In this document: positions 1 to 7,611 of the stretch, piece by piece
Numbering within the stretch: position 1 is the first letter of the stretch
How the letters are laid out: every line of letters begins with the position of its first letter
Origin: Methanobacteriota archaeon
GTDB taxonomy: Archaea > Thermoplasmatota > Poseidoniia > Poseidoniales > Poseidoniaceae
Assembly: GCA_018650165.1 (NCBI GenBank)
Contig: JABIGM010000061.1
Span: 1 to 23,293, forward strand
Direction: 5' to 3'
Length of the DNA stretch: 23,293 nt
Position numbers and translations under genes: made by a program
The notes under the pieces: generated by a model
The model's input: the letters and a program-made list of their open reading frames with translations, nothing else
Told to the model about the DNA's origin: nothing
The model's database searches: none

Positions 1-432
1 AAGAGTGTGATGTTCCTTGGTCGCGGCCTTTCATCACCAGTTGCTAGTGAGGGTGCATTGAAATTGATGGAAATTGCTTACATTCCTTGTCTAGCATATC
101 CCGCTGGAGAAATGAAGCATGGACCTATTGCTCTACTAGAAGAGGGAAGTCCAATCGTGGTAATTGCACCTAACGATAAACATCGAGAGAAAACAATCGC
201 ATCGCTGCATGAATGTAAGGCAAGAGGTGCAAAAATTATCCTTATACACGAAGAGGGAGATACGATTTCAGAAGAAGCCGATATCGCAATACCAATTCCT
301 GCATGTGATCCATTACTAACTCCTTTACTGTCAGTGTTACCAACTCAACTGCTTGCTTACAAGACAGCCCTAGCATTAGGGTGTGACGTAGATAGGCCTC
401 GCAATCTTGCAAAGTCAGTTACAGTTGAATAA
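1..432 (+). CDS. glmS: Glutamine-fructose-6-phosphate transaminase (isomerizing), C-terminal SIS domain; 5'-truncated by the window edge
   Basis: Frame is open from base 1. It contains AGEMKHGPIALL and ends in the GlmS signature DVDRPRNLAKSVTVE-stop. Confidence 0.96.
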   Translation, partial: KSVMFLGRGLSSPVASEGALKLMEIAYIPCLAYPAGEMKHGPIALLEEGSPIVVIAPNDKHREKTIASLHECKARGAKIILIHEEGDTISEEADIAIPIPACDPLLTPLLSVLPTQLLAYKTALALGCDVDRPRNLAKSVTVE

Positions 433-3400
433 TTATTTCGAATTAACCCATTTCTGAGATTCATTATCCCAATAGTGAACTGTACCGTCTTCTAAACGAG
501 ACCAGTTGACACCATTTGCATCAATCCATTCACTTGGACCATCATTAGGAGATGATTTTTCAGGAATATTTTCCTTGTTCTGGTTCTGGTATAGCATGAA
601 TCCAACGCCACCAATTACTGCGATCAATACTATCATCAGTATCACAATCAATGTGTTTGAACTTTCTACTTCCATTTTTGAACGACTAGCATCAAGTGGG
701 TATGCATCTAATTCATCAGCAACTCCATCTCCATCTTTATCCGAAGAATACCTTGATTCATATGGGAAATCATCGAGCATGTCATTTACACCGTCAAGGT
801 CTGAATCTCGTTGTGATTCCGTACAGCCATCAACATCTACGATTTCGCCTGCTGAAGTATAGGTGCACTTGTCATCAGCGTCATTTACACCATCAGAATC
901 ACTATCTTTCTGCATGGTTGCACAACCATTGAAGTCTACGAAAACACCAGATGGAGTATTAGGACATAGGTCGATACTATCGAGATGGCCATCTCCATCG
1001 GTGTCACGTTCATTTGGCCCACAACCATCTAGATTTACCGAGGCTCCATCTTGAGTGGAAGGGCAGATATCATTACTATCTTTCACTCCATCTCCATCAC
1101 TATCTCTTTGTGAATCTGAGCATCCATTTAAGTCAATAGAAGATGTATCGATAGTTCCTGGGCAAAGGTCAAAATTATCGGTAATGGTATCGGAATCAGT
1201 ATCCTTTTGTGAAGGAGCACAGCCATTGGAATCAACAATTTGAGCAGTTGGTGTATTTGGGCAATAATCAGCGGAATCAACAATTCCATCATCATCAGAG
1301 TCTCTTTCATCATCAGAACAGCCAACTCCATCAACGATCGATTCAGGAGGAGTTGTCGGACATTGGTCACGATCATCTGTTATGGTGTCGTTGTCAGTAT
1401 CTCTCTGGCTTGCAGAGCAGCCACTATTGTCTGGATTTTCACCTTGCGGCGTTGCAGGGCATGTATCGAATGCATCTTTGATGCCGTCCATGTCAGTATC
1501 GCGTTGTGTATCATCGCATCCTTGTAAATCAACGATTCCACCGATTCCTGTATTAGGGCACAAATCTCCATTATCACCAACTCCATCAGAATCAGAATCA
1601 AGCCATTCACTATTATCAGTAGGGAATACATCTGAATTATCACCTACGCCATCACCGTCGGTGTCAGTCCATTCGGTGATGTCAGATGGAAATACATCCG
1701 CATTATCGCCAACTCCATCGCCATCAGAGTCTAAGCATTCGGAATTATCATTTGGGAATGCATCACTGTTATCACCGCAACCATCGCCATCAGAGTCGCT
1801 AGTTTCGTTTCCATCGCTAGGGAATGCATCTGAATTATCACCTACACCATCACCATCAGAGTCTAAGCATTCGGAATTATCATTGGGGAATGCATCGCTA
1901 TTATCCCCGCACCCATCTCCATCCGAATCTGCCCATTCATACTGGTCGTTAGGGAATGCATCTCCATTATCGCCAACACCGTCTCCATCACTATCTTCCC
2001 ATTCGGAACCGTCGTTAGGGAATTCATCGGTATTATCACCATATCCATCACTATCGCTGTCATTCCACTCCGAAGAGTCTCCTGGGAACGCATCAATATC
2101 GTCAGTATAACCGTCATTGTCACTATCTTTCTGGTAATCAGCGCAACCATTCATGTCAACAGTATATCCTGGTAACGTATTATTACACCAGTCATCTTCA
2201 TTGAGAACCCCATCTCCATCGTCATCAAATGCTAGTTGAATACAGGTTTCATCTACATCCCAGAGGCTTCCATTTTGGCTGTGTAAGTAGGCTACTGCGC
2301 AATACCATCCACTAGTATTCTGTGGAGTCCATGTCCAGTTTTCCCAATGGTCAGATGAACCGGTCCATGTTCTGTTTGTAGTGTATTGTAAAACTAGACC
2401 GTTGAAATCTTCAATTTCCACATGTACTCTCCATGGCCCATTATTGAGTAATTGACTGGAACTAATTCCGATACTTGTATTGTTAAAAGTAGTGAAATTG
2501 ACTGCTGGTAAGGTTGGAGTATAACAATCGACTTTGTGCTCAAGAAGTGTTCCATTTGCTGCCCAAATGTCGGCCCAAAGACAATTGGAGCCTTGAGAGA
2601 GATAGCTCCACGATGCAGTGGTAAATCCGTTACCCGTAGTAGAAGTTGAGATGCTATTATTCCCACTATTGTGGATATTTGCACCATTTGAATTTCTTAT
2701 CGACCAAGAATAATGAAAATTAGAACTAGGTTCTAAATCACTAAGGTTGACATTTACTTTCCAGTCATTAGGGAAATCAGTCTCGATGAAGGTTGGAGTC
2801 CAGCAATCAATCGATGTGTCAAGTTGTAATGTTGTTGAGTTGATAGTTCCTTCAAGAGTTGCAACTAGGCACCAACTCTCACTTATCCAGTTGCGTTGAT
2901 GACTAATAGTTTGATTATTTACTGCTCCAGCATTTGATGCGTTCCAAGAATAGGACCCATTGTCAACTATCAGGAGATTACCACTATTCCACCTAGACAA
3001 ATTCCAGTTTACCGAATAACTTGCATTCGCCGTTGTGTTGTAAATATACGACCATCCCGATGTAGCATTATTATTGCCAACAACAAGATCCCCATTTACT
3101 AGAATTGGTTGTGGGGTTGAAGAGTTAGTTGCAACTTCTAATCGGTATGTGTTGGTAGCGCCACTAAATCCATCAACCCTAATGTGATGGGTTCCATTTG
3201 TAGTTGCACTCCAACTGATTTGTTCATTGTTTGTTGAAGTCTCAGATGAATCTAATTCAGTACCTGAATTGTCGTATAGGAATAATTCGAGGTCTCCACC
3301 TGAGTCAATGAAGGTTAAGTTTAACCAATACGCATCACCACTACTTGCATAGAACGAATAGAAATCCTCGTCTGTGGAATTGTGGATAGTTGCACTTTGG

Positions 3401-4248
3401 CTACTAAACGGTAGAGAGATGGAGTGGGACTGATTGATTGCCTCATTTGGTTCATATGAATCTGCGATATTTTTTGCAGGAGTACTTCGATTTGCATGTT
3501 CAATGCTCATATTGTACCCTGCAGCACCGCTAGTAGCTAACACTCTGATTAATATCGTCCAAGTATTATTTGCAGTAGTTGATGAATTGAAGGTTGCTTG
3601 CTCCCAATCAACTTCGGTATCGCTGTGGTCAAGAGTAGTCTTGAAACCTCCACCTGTGTCTCTGTATGCCCAGAGTATTGCATCCATTTCTGCATGGTTA
3701 TGTGTAAGATTAACCCAAATATTCTGATTGCCAGTCACATTGAACCAGAACCAATCTTCGTCGCTGTAGGAGTGCATTGTTAAATTCGTGTAATTGGTGA
3801 AGGTATTGATTTGCACAGCGGCGCTTTGTCCATCATTTGGCTCATAACTATCTTGGGTGGTTGAATTATTAGTGCCTGGGGAGTAAAATGTTCCATTGTG
3901 ATAATCCAGAATTTGGCTGTTTGAATACTTGTATAATCGTAAGGAAAAAGTATAGTTTCCTGCTTGTACACAAGGACCCCAATGTGCAGAATCAGTCATC
4001 GTAGATTGAACGTTTTGTGTCATATATCCCGTGTCAGATGCACACATAGAGCCCGTTGGATAATAGATGAATAAAATCCATTTGTACTGATCTGCAGAGT
4101 CAAGGTTAGATGCTGTAATATTTGCTTCATCAGTGAGAACATTTGATGCTTGAATCACTTCATTGCCAGTGAGTGCTTCAACTGGCTGAACAAAGCCTGT
4201 TAATGGAGCACATAGAAAAAGCAATGCGATGAATGTATTCCTTAGCAT
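433..4248 (-). CDS. Large membrane-anchored cell-surface protein: signal peptide, two PPC-like domains, three Cys-paired beta domains, thrombospondin type-3-like Ca-binding repeats, C-terminal TM helix and short cytoplasmic tail
   Basis: Hydrophobic N-terminus MLRNTFIALLFLCAPLTGFVQPVEA. Two DSYEPN...DED(W/F)(F/Y) blocks. 19 DxDxDGxxD repeats. TM helix TLIVILMIVLIAVIGGVGFMLY. Start is uncertain: ATGs at 4248, 4260 and 4266, and a GTG at 4299 overlapping the upstream stop. Confidence 0.85.
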   Translation of the reverse strand: MLRNTFIALLFLCAPLTGFVQPVEALTGNEVIQASNVLTDEANITASNLDSADQYKWILFIYYPTGSMCASDTGYMTQNVQSTMTDSAHWGPCVQAGNYTFSLRLYKYSNSQILDYHNGTFYSPGTNNSTTQDSYEPNDGQSAAVQINTFTNYTNLTMHSYSDEDWFWFNVTGNQNIWVNLTHNHAEMDAILWAYRDTGGGFKTTLDHSDTEVDWEQATFNSSTTANNTWTILIRVLATSGAAGYNMSIEHANRSTPAKNIADSYEPNEAINQSHSISLPFSSQSATIHNSTDEDFYSFYASSGDAYWLNLTFIDSGGDLELFLYDNSGTELDSSETSTNNEQISWSATTNGTHHIRVDGFSGATNTYRLEVATNSSTPQPILVNGDLVVGNNNATSGWSYIYNTTANASYSVNWNLSRWNSGNLLIVDNGSYSWNASNAGAVNNQTISHQRNWISESWCLVATLEGTINSTTLQLDTSIDCWTPTFIETDFPNDWKVNVNLSDLEPSSNFHYSWSIRNSNGANIHNSGNNSISTSTTGNGFTTASWSYLSQGSNCLWADIWAANGTLLEHKVDCYTPTLPAVNFTTFNNTSIGISSSQLLNNGPWRVHVEIEDFNGLVLQYTTNRTWTGSSDHWENWTWTPQNTSGWYCAVAYLHSQNGSLWDVDETCIQLAFDDDGDGVLNEDDWCNNTLPGYTVDMNGCADYQKDSDNDGYTDDIDAFPGDSSEWNDSDSDGYGDNTDEFPNDGSEWEDSDGDGVGDNGDAFPNDQYEWADSDGDGCGDNSDAFPNDNSECLDSDGDGVGDNSDAFPSDGNETSDSDGDGCGDNSDAFPNDNSECLDSDGDGVGDNADVFPSDITEWTDTDGDGVGDNSDVFPTDNSEWLDSDSDGVGDNGDLCPNTGIGGIVDLQGCDDTQRDTDMDGIKDAFDTCPATPQGENPDNSGCSASQRDTDNDTITDDRDQCPTTPPESIVDGVGCSDDERDSDDDGIVDSADYCPNTPTAQIVDSNGCAPSQKDTDSDTITDNFDLCPGTIDTSSIDLNGCSDSQRDSDGDGVKDSNDICPSTQDGASVNLDGCGPNERDTDGDGHLDSIDLCPNTPSGVFVDFNGCATMQKDSDSDGVNDADDKCTYTSAGEIVDVDGCTESQRDSDLDGVNDMLDDFPYESRYSSDKDGDGVADELDAYPLDASRSKMEVESSNTLIVILMIVLIAVIGGVGFMLYQNQNKENIPEKSSPNDGPSEWIDANGVNWSRLEDGTVHYWDNESQKWVNSK
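690..2226 (-). repeat. Intragenic TSP3-like repeat array: ten 22-aa units (DxDxDGxGDNxDxFPxDxxEWx) and nine 33-aa units (DxDxDGxxDxxDxCPxTxxxxxVDxxGCxxxQR)
   Basis: Counted from the translation. Order from the N-terminus: one 33-aa, eight 22-aa, eight 33-aa, two 22-aa units. A 132-bp DNA-level periodicity is visible at 1732-1797 versus 1864-1929. Confidence 0.9.
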
Positions 4249-4295
4249 GAATTGTTCCATCCTCATATTAATGACACATACCTCAAAGAATCTAG

Positions 4296-5015
4296 TCACT
4301 CAATTGAGAATCTTTGATCTGCAGAATTCCAGAGGATAGGTGAATATCCTAACTTGTGATGGGTATGACGCATTTTGATAACACCTATCTTTCGAGTGAT
4401 ATCGTCGCCTTCACGGTCCATTGTTAGGTGCATTACACCATCTGAAAGATAATCTTCAACACCATACTCTCCAAACTGTTTGTGGTCTTCACCAGTCATT
4501 TCACAGATAAAGAACGAAGTTAGTTCTAGTCTGCGGCATGCTTCGAATAGGCGGAAAATTTCGTCACGAGGATTTTCCATTTTGGTTAGAGTAAAGAAAG
4601 CACCAAGAGAATCGAATACTAACAATTCAAATCCAATAGATTGTCGATATGAAGTAAGTTGCTTGATCAGTTGCCCCATCCAATCGATGCGGTTACTCAT
4701 TCCTTGTTCATCCAATTGAACACGTAAATCTGCCAAATCGATAATAGCAATTCGATTGCGAACCCTTGGGTCATCAACATTCATTCCCATATTGGACATG
4801 TGAGAGCGTAACGAATCTTTTCCTTGCTCAAGAGTAACATATATCCCACTGGTTTCGCCATATAGAACGGCATTATACAATAGCGAAAAGGTAACTGAAG
4901 ATTTCATTGCACCAGACTGTCCAGCGACGATACAAATGTGGCCTTGAGGGATACCACCCTGCATATTTTCATCTAGTCCAGCGATGTGTGTTGGAATCCT
5001 TTCAATGTCACTCAT
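4296..5015 (-). CDS. Single-domain KaiC/RAD55-family (RecA-superfamily) ATPase
   Basis: RIPTHIAGLDENMQGGIP, variant Walker A GQSGAMKS, YVTLEQ, Walker B LLVFDS, EDYLSDGVMHL and arginine-finger region IKMRHTHH. Confidence 0.9.
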   Translation of the reverse strand: MSDIERIPTHIAGLDENMQGGIPQGHICIVAGQSGAMKSSVTFSLLYNAVLYGETSGIYVTLEQGKDSLRSHMSNMGMNVDDPRVRNRIAIIDLADLRVQLDEQGMSNRIDWMGQLIKQLTSYRQSIGFELLVFDSLGAFFTLTKMENPRDEIFRLFEACRRLELTSFFICEMTGEDHKQFGEYGVEDYLSDGVMHLTMDREGDDITRKIGVIKMRHTHHKLGYSPILWNSADQRFSIE

Positions 5016-5016
5016 G

Positions 5017-5026
5017 ACCTCTCACC
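5017..5026 (-). promoter_or_regulatory. Shine-Dalgarno-like site of the KaiC-like gene
   Basis: Minus-strand GGTGAGAGGT directly upstream of ATG 5015; GGTGA matches the archaeal SD core. Confidence 0.55.
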
Positions 5027-5078
5027 GGTACGGTGTAATAGCGATGTTGTCTTCAAGGTGACCCCCAAACGCCCGCAT

Positions 5079-5630
5079 ATGGGAATCTGGTTAGCTAGTG
5101 CTTCACAGCGTCGCGCACAAATTCTTCAGGAACGATTTGGAGAGATTCATATCGAAGCACTTGGGGGCGTAGATGAGACGCCGCCACTCGGTTCTGTATC
5201 AAGTCAGGTGTTGACTATTTGTCGTCGGAAAGCGGACTTTGTAAAAACCAATCATGGCTATCAGGCAGTAATTGTTGCAGATACGATGGTCAATGACCCA
5301 GATGACCCAAATATGGCGTTGGGTAAGGCTACTAATGAATCCGAGGCAACATCTATGTTGGAAAGATTGTCTGGACGGCAACACAAAGTTTGGTCTGCTA
5401 CAGGCATCCAGATTTGTGGCGACTGGACTTTCTTTGTTGAATATGCTATGGTTGAATTTCAAGAATTAGAATCTAGCGTAATCAAAGAATTAATTCAGTC
5501 TGGTTCATGGGTTGGTAAAGCAGGATCATATGATTTGGCGGGTGCTATGGGCGAATATGCAAAACTTGTCGAAGGTGATGAATTGACAGTTCTAGGTTTT
5601 GCTCCAAGCGCATTAAGATTAGTCGTTTGA
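5079..5630 (+). CDS. maf: Maf-family nucleoside triphosphate pyrophosphatase
   Basis: IWLASASQRRAQIL, DET, RRKA, ADTMV, LGKA, LSGRQHKVWS, GKAGSY and VLGF match Maf motifs. Start moved to ATG 5079 because the longer ORF runs into the divergent ATPase gene. Confidence 0.9.
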   Translation: MGIWLASASQRRAQILQERFGEIHIEALGGVDETPPLGSVSSQVLTICRRKADFVKTNHGYQAVIVADTMVNDPDDPNMALGKATNESEATSMLERLSGRQHKVWSATGIQICGDWTFFVEYAMVEFQELESSVIKELIQSGSWVGKAGSYDLAGAMGEYAKLVEGDELTVLGFAPSALRLVV

Positions 5631-6950
5631 CAATTCTAAATCAAATCCAGGCCCTTGCTCGGGATGTGCTAAGTATTGGTCATAGTACAGTGGAATTTTA
5701 TGCCAGTCATCGATACTGAAGAAAATATCCTTGAGCCAATAAATTAGAATAAGTATGTAGGATAGAGCATAAAGGGCAATTCCATACCGAGGGTATTGTA
5801 TCAATATTTCACCGCTATACCAACTACTAAACATCGAATATATAGTGACCAATGTTCCTAGATTTATTGTCACTAAAATTAACCACTGAGATTTCCTTCT
5901 ATGGATTGAAACTCTCTTATGGTCATCATGCAAAAATGCTGCAAATCCCCATAATGCTTGGAAACTAAATCCAAAAATCAATATCCATCTGTAATAAGAC
6001 ATCATTGCTTTGGTTGTTTCAACATATTGCATAATTTCCATGTAAGATGCAATTCCAATAAATGGTAACCAGAATATTGCAGTTATGACCATCTTGCTAT
6101 AGGGATTACCCTGTTTGATCTTTGTTATAATTTGTTTAGGGTTTAACATAATGAAGATAAAGAAATATGGCAGTGAGGATAATGTTGCATTTATTCGCAT
6201 CGAAATGTCACCGCTATTTGATAGCGGTTCTGAAATTACTGCCAAGAGAAGTAGTATTGTGAAAATACCATAACTCTTTCCTGTATTACTGGGTTTGATA
6301 ATTTCCCAATCTAAACGTCGATTTATATGAGAAATAATAGTTGCAATAATTGCAAGGGGAATGAAGAAATCAAATACTAGTGCTTCTGAAATTTTCAACA
6401 CTCCATTAAAGTAGTCGCGTGCAATCCAACAAATTATTGTAACGATTCCCAAAATTGGCATGATTGCTCCTATCGAATAGGAGAACGCCCCCATCGTGTC
6501 CGATTCTATTTTTTTGCTTTTGAAAATAGTCATAGCAGGTGAAATAAGACAGATTAGAGATCCGCATAGTAAGGTTAAGCCGATTGTTGAAAGAGTATGG
6601 AACACTGCAATGTCCCTACTAACTATGCCGAACATTATGGCAAATTGGCCAGACATATTCATTGTGACATATATCCGCATTACAGTTTTTTCAAAGCCTG
6701 GTACGTCATAAATAAGGGGGAGAATGCTAAATCCAAGTCCTGCGATAATACACATCATCCATCCAAGACCGATTTGCATTCGGAGTACATACTGAATTTC
6801 TTCTAAATTTTTATCAAAAAAATCGGAACCGTATGTGCCGACCCAAACAGATGTAAAAAAGAATATAATTTGCATGATGATTGCGGCTAACATCAAATCG
6901 ATATATGTACCAACAGCCCAGTGCTGTTTATGGTGGATATCGGAATTCAT
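5619..6950 (-). CDS. Polytopic integral membrane protein of unknown function (about 12 TM segments)
   Basis: 443-aa ORF from ATG 6950 with regularly spaced hydrophobic segments and no recognisable catalytic motif. Confidence 0.75.
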   Translation of the reverse strand: MNSDIHHKQHWAVGTYIDLMLAAIIMQIIFFFTSVWVGTYGSDFFDKNLEEIQYVLRMQIGLGWMMCIIAGLGFSILPLIYDVPGFEKTVMRIYVTMNMSGQFAIMFGIVSRDIAVFHTLSTIGLTLLCGSLICLISPAMTIFKSKKIESDTMGAFSYSIGAIMPILGIVTIICWIARDYFNGVLKISEALVFDFFIPLAIIATIISHINRRLDWEIIKPSNTGKSYGIFTILLLLAVISEPLSNSGDISMRINATLSSLPYFFIFIMLNPKQIITKIKQGNPYSKMVITAIFWLPFIGIASYMEIMQYVETTKAMMSYYRWILIFGFSFQALWGFAAFLHDDHKRVSIHRRKSQWLILVTINLGTLVTIYSMFSSWYSGEILIQYPRYGIALYALSYILILIYWLKDIFFSIDDWHKIPLYYDQYLAHPEQGPGFDLELSND

Positions 6951-6973
6951 TGTGTATCCGAAACAGGGCTGGC

Positions 6974-6983
6974 ATATAGTTTC
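6974..6983 (-). promoter_or_regulatory. Possible BRE/TATA-like element for the membrane-protein gene
   Basis: Minus-strand GAAACTATAT lies 24-33 nt upstream of ATG 6950. A CTATAT hexamer sits at a similar distance upstream of ATG 14627 (14654-14659). Confidence 0.3.
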
Positions 6984-6999
6984 TAAGCCCACAATAACT

Positions 7000-7599
7000 T
7001 CAAATTAGTAATGGGGAAAGACCCAAATCATGTCGCGAAACATCGATTGATACTTTGTTACCGGGTAATAGGAGAAGTTTGTCTTCTGCATCTAGAGAAA
7101 ATATCGGGACATCAATTTCATCACCCATTTGTTTCAAACTTCGCCTGCAAGCATTCGTTTGGGTGTCCATATGGATTAGACCTGTAAGGTCAACAATTAC
7201 TGTATCACCTCTTCGAATTCGATCTTCGATTTGTCGCATAGGAAGGCGGTGCATTTTATCGGGCATCACATATCTAAGTGCTCTATCTGGATATCCAGAA
7301 GGAGGTGACGAATAATTAGAGAGGTCATGGAAGGCAATACCATCCGGTGTTACAGGTCCGACCCATCCATCTGGAATCTTAGAAGTGTGCCTAATCGGTG
7401 GAGGAATTGAGACTGGTTGTGGTGCCACTTCGATTGTAGAATTTGTTTCTAGAGGCGCATCATCTATTGGACTAACAATTGTCAATTGTTGGCCTGGTGC
7501 CTGTTCCGGCTTCTTAGCCTTCTTTTTGGAACGACTTACATTTTCTAAAGCTGGTGTTTCCGGGTCAGGGAAGCCAAAAAATTGCCAAAGTGTGCCCAT
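7000..7599 (-). CDS. sepF: Archaeal-type cell division protein SepF with N-terminal amphipathic segment and Pro-rich linker
   Basis: C-terminal domain QIEDRIRRGDTVIVDLTGL...RRSLKQMGDEIDVPIFSL...LLLLPGNKVSI fits the archaeal SepF core. N-terminal MGTLWQFFGF resembles a membrane-targeting sequence. ATG 7599 preferred over GTG 7608. Confidence 0.72.
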   Translation of the reverse strand: MGTLWQFFGFPDPETPALENVSRSKKKAKKPEQAPGQQLTIVSPIDDAPLETNSTIEVAPQPVSIPPPIRHTSKIPDGWVGPVTPDGIAFHDLSNYSSPPSGYPDRALRYVMPDKMHRLPMRQIEDRIRRGDTVIVDLTGLIHMDTQTNACRRSLKQMGDEIDVPIFSLDAEDKLLLLPGNKVSIDVSRHDLGLSPLLI

Positions 7600-7611
7600 T
7601 ATTTCCACTGC

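Noticed and set aside
1732-1929. Assembly artefact as the cause of the identical 22-aa units
   Set aside because: The two copies differ at eight synonymous positions.
506-2110. Plus-strand ORFs (506-862, 863-1054, 1055-1243, 1382-2110) with Ser/Pro-rich periodic sequence
   Set aside because: Antisense shadows of Asp/Gly-rich repeat codons in the minus-strand gene; they have no independent motifs.
4296-5015. Circadian clock gene kaiC
   Set aside because: It is single-domain, lacks the S/T phosphosite pair (reads EDYLSD), and no kaiA/kaiB is nearby.
4986-5078. N-terminal extension of Maf given in the ORF track
   Set aside because: It overlaps the start of the divergent ATPase gene, and Maf homology begins at ATG 5079.
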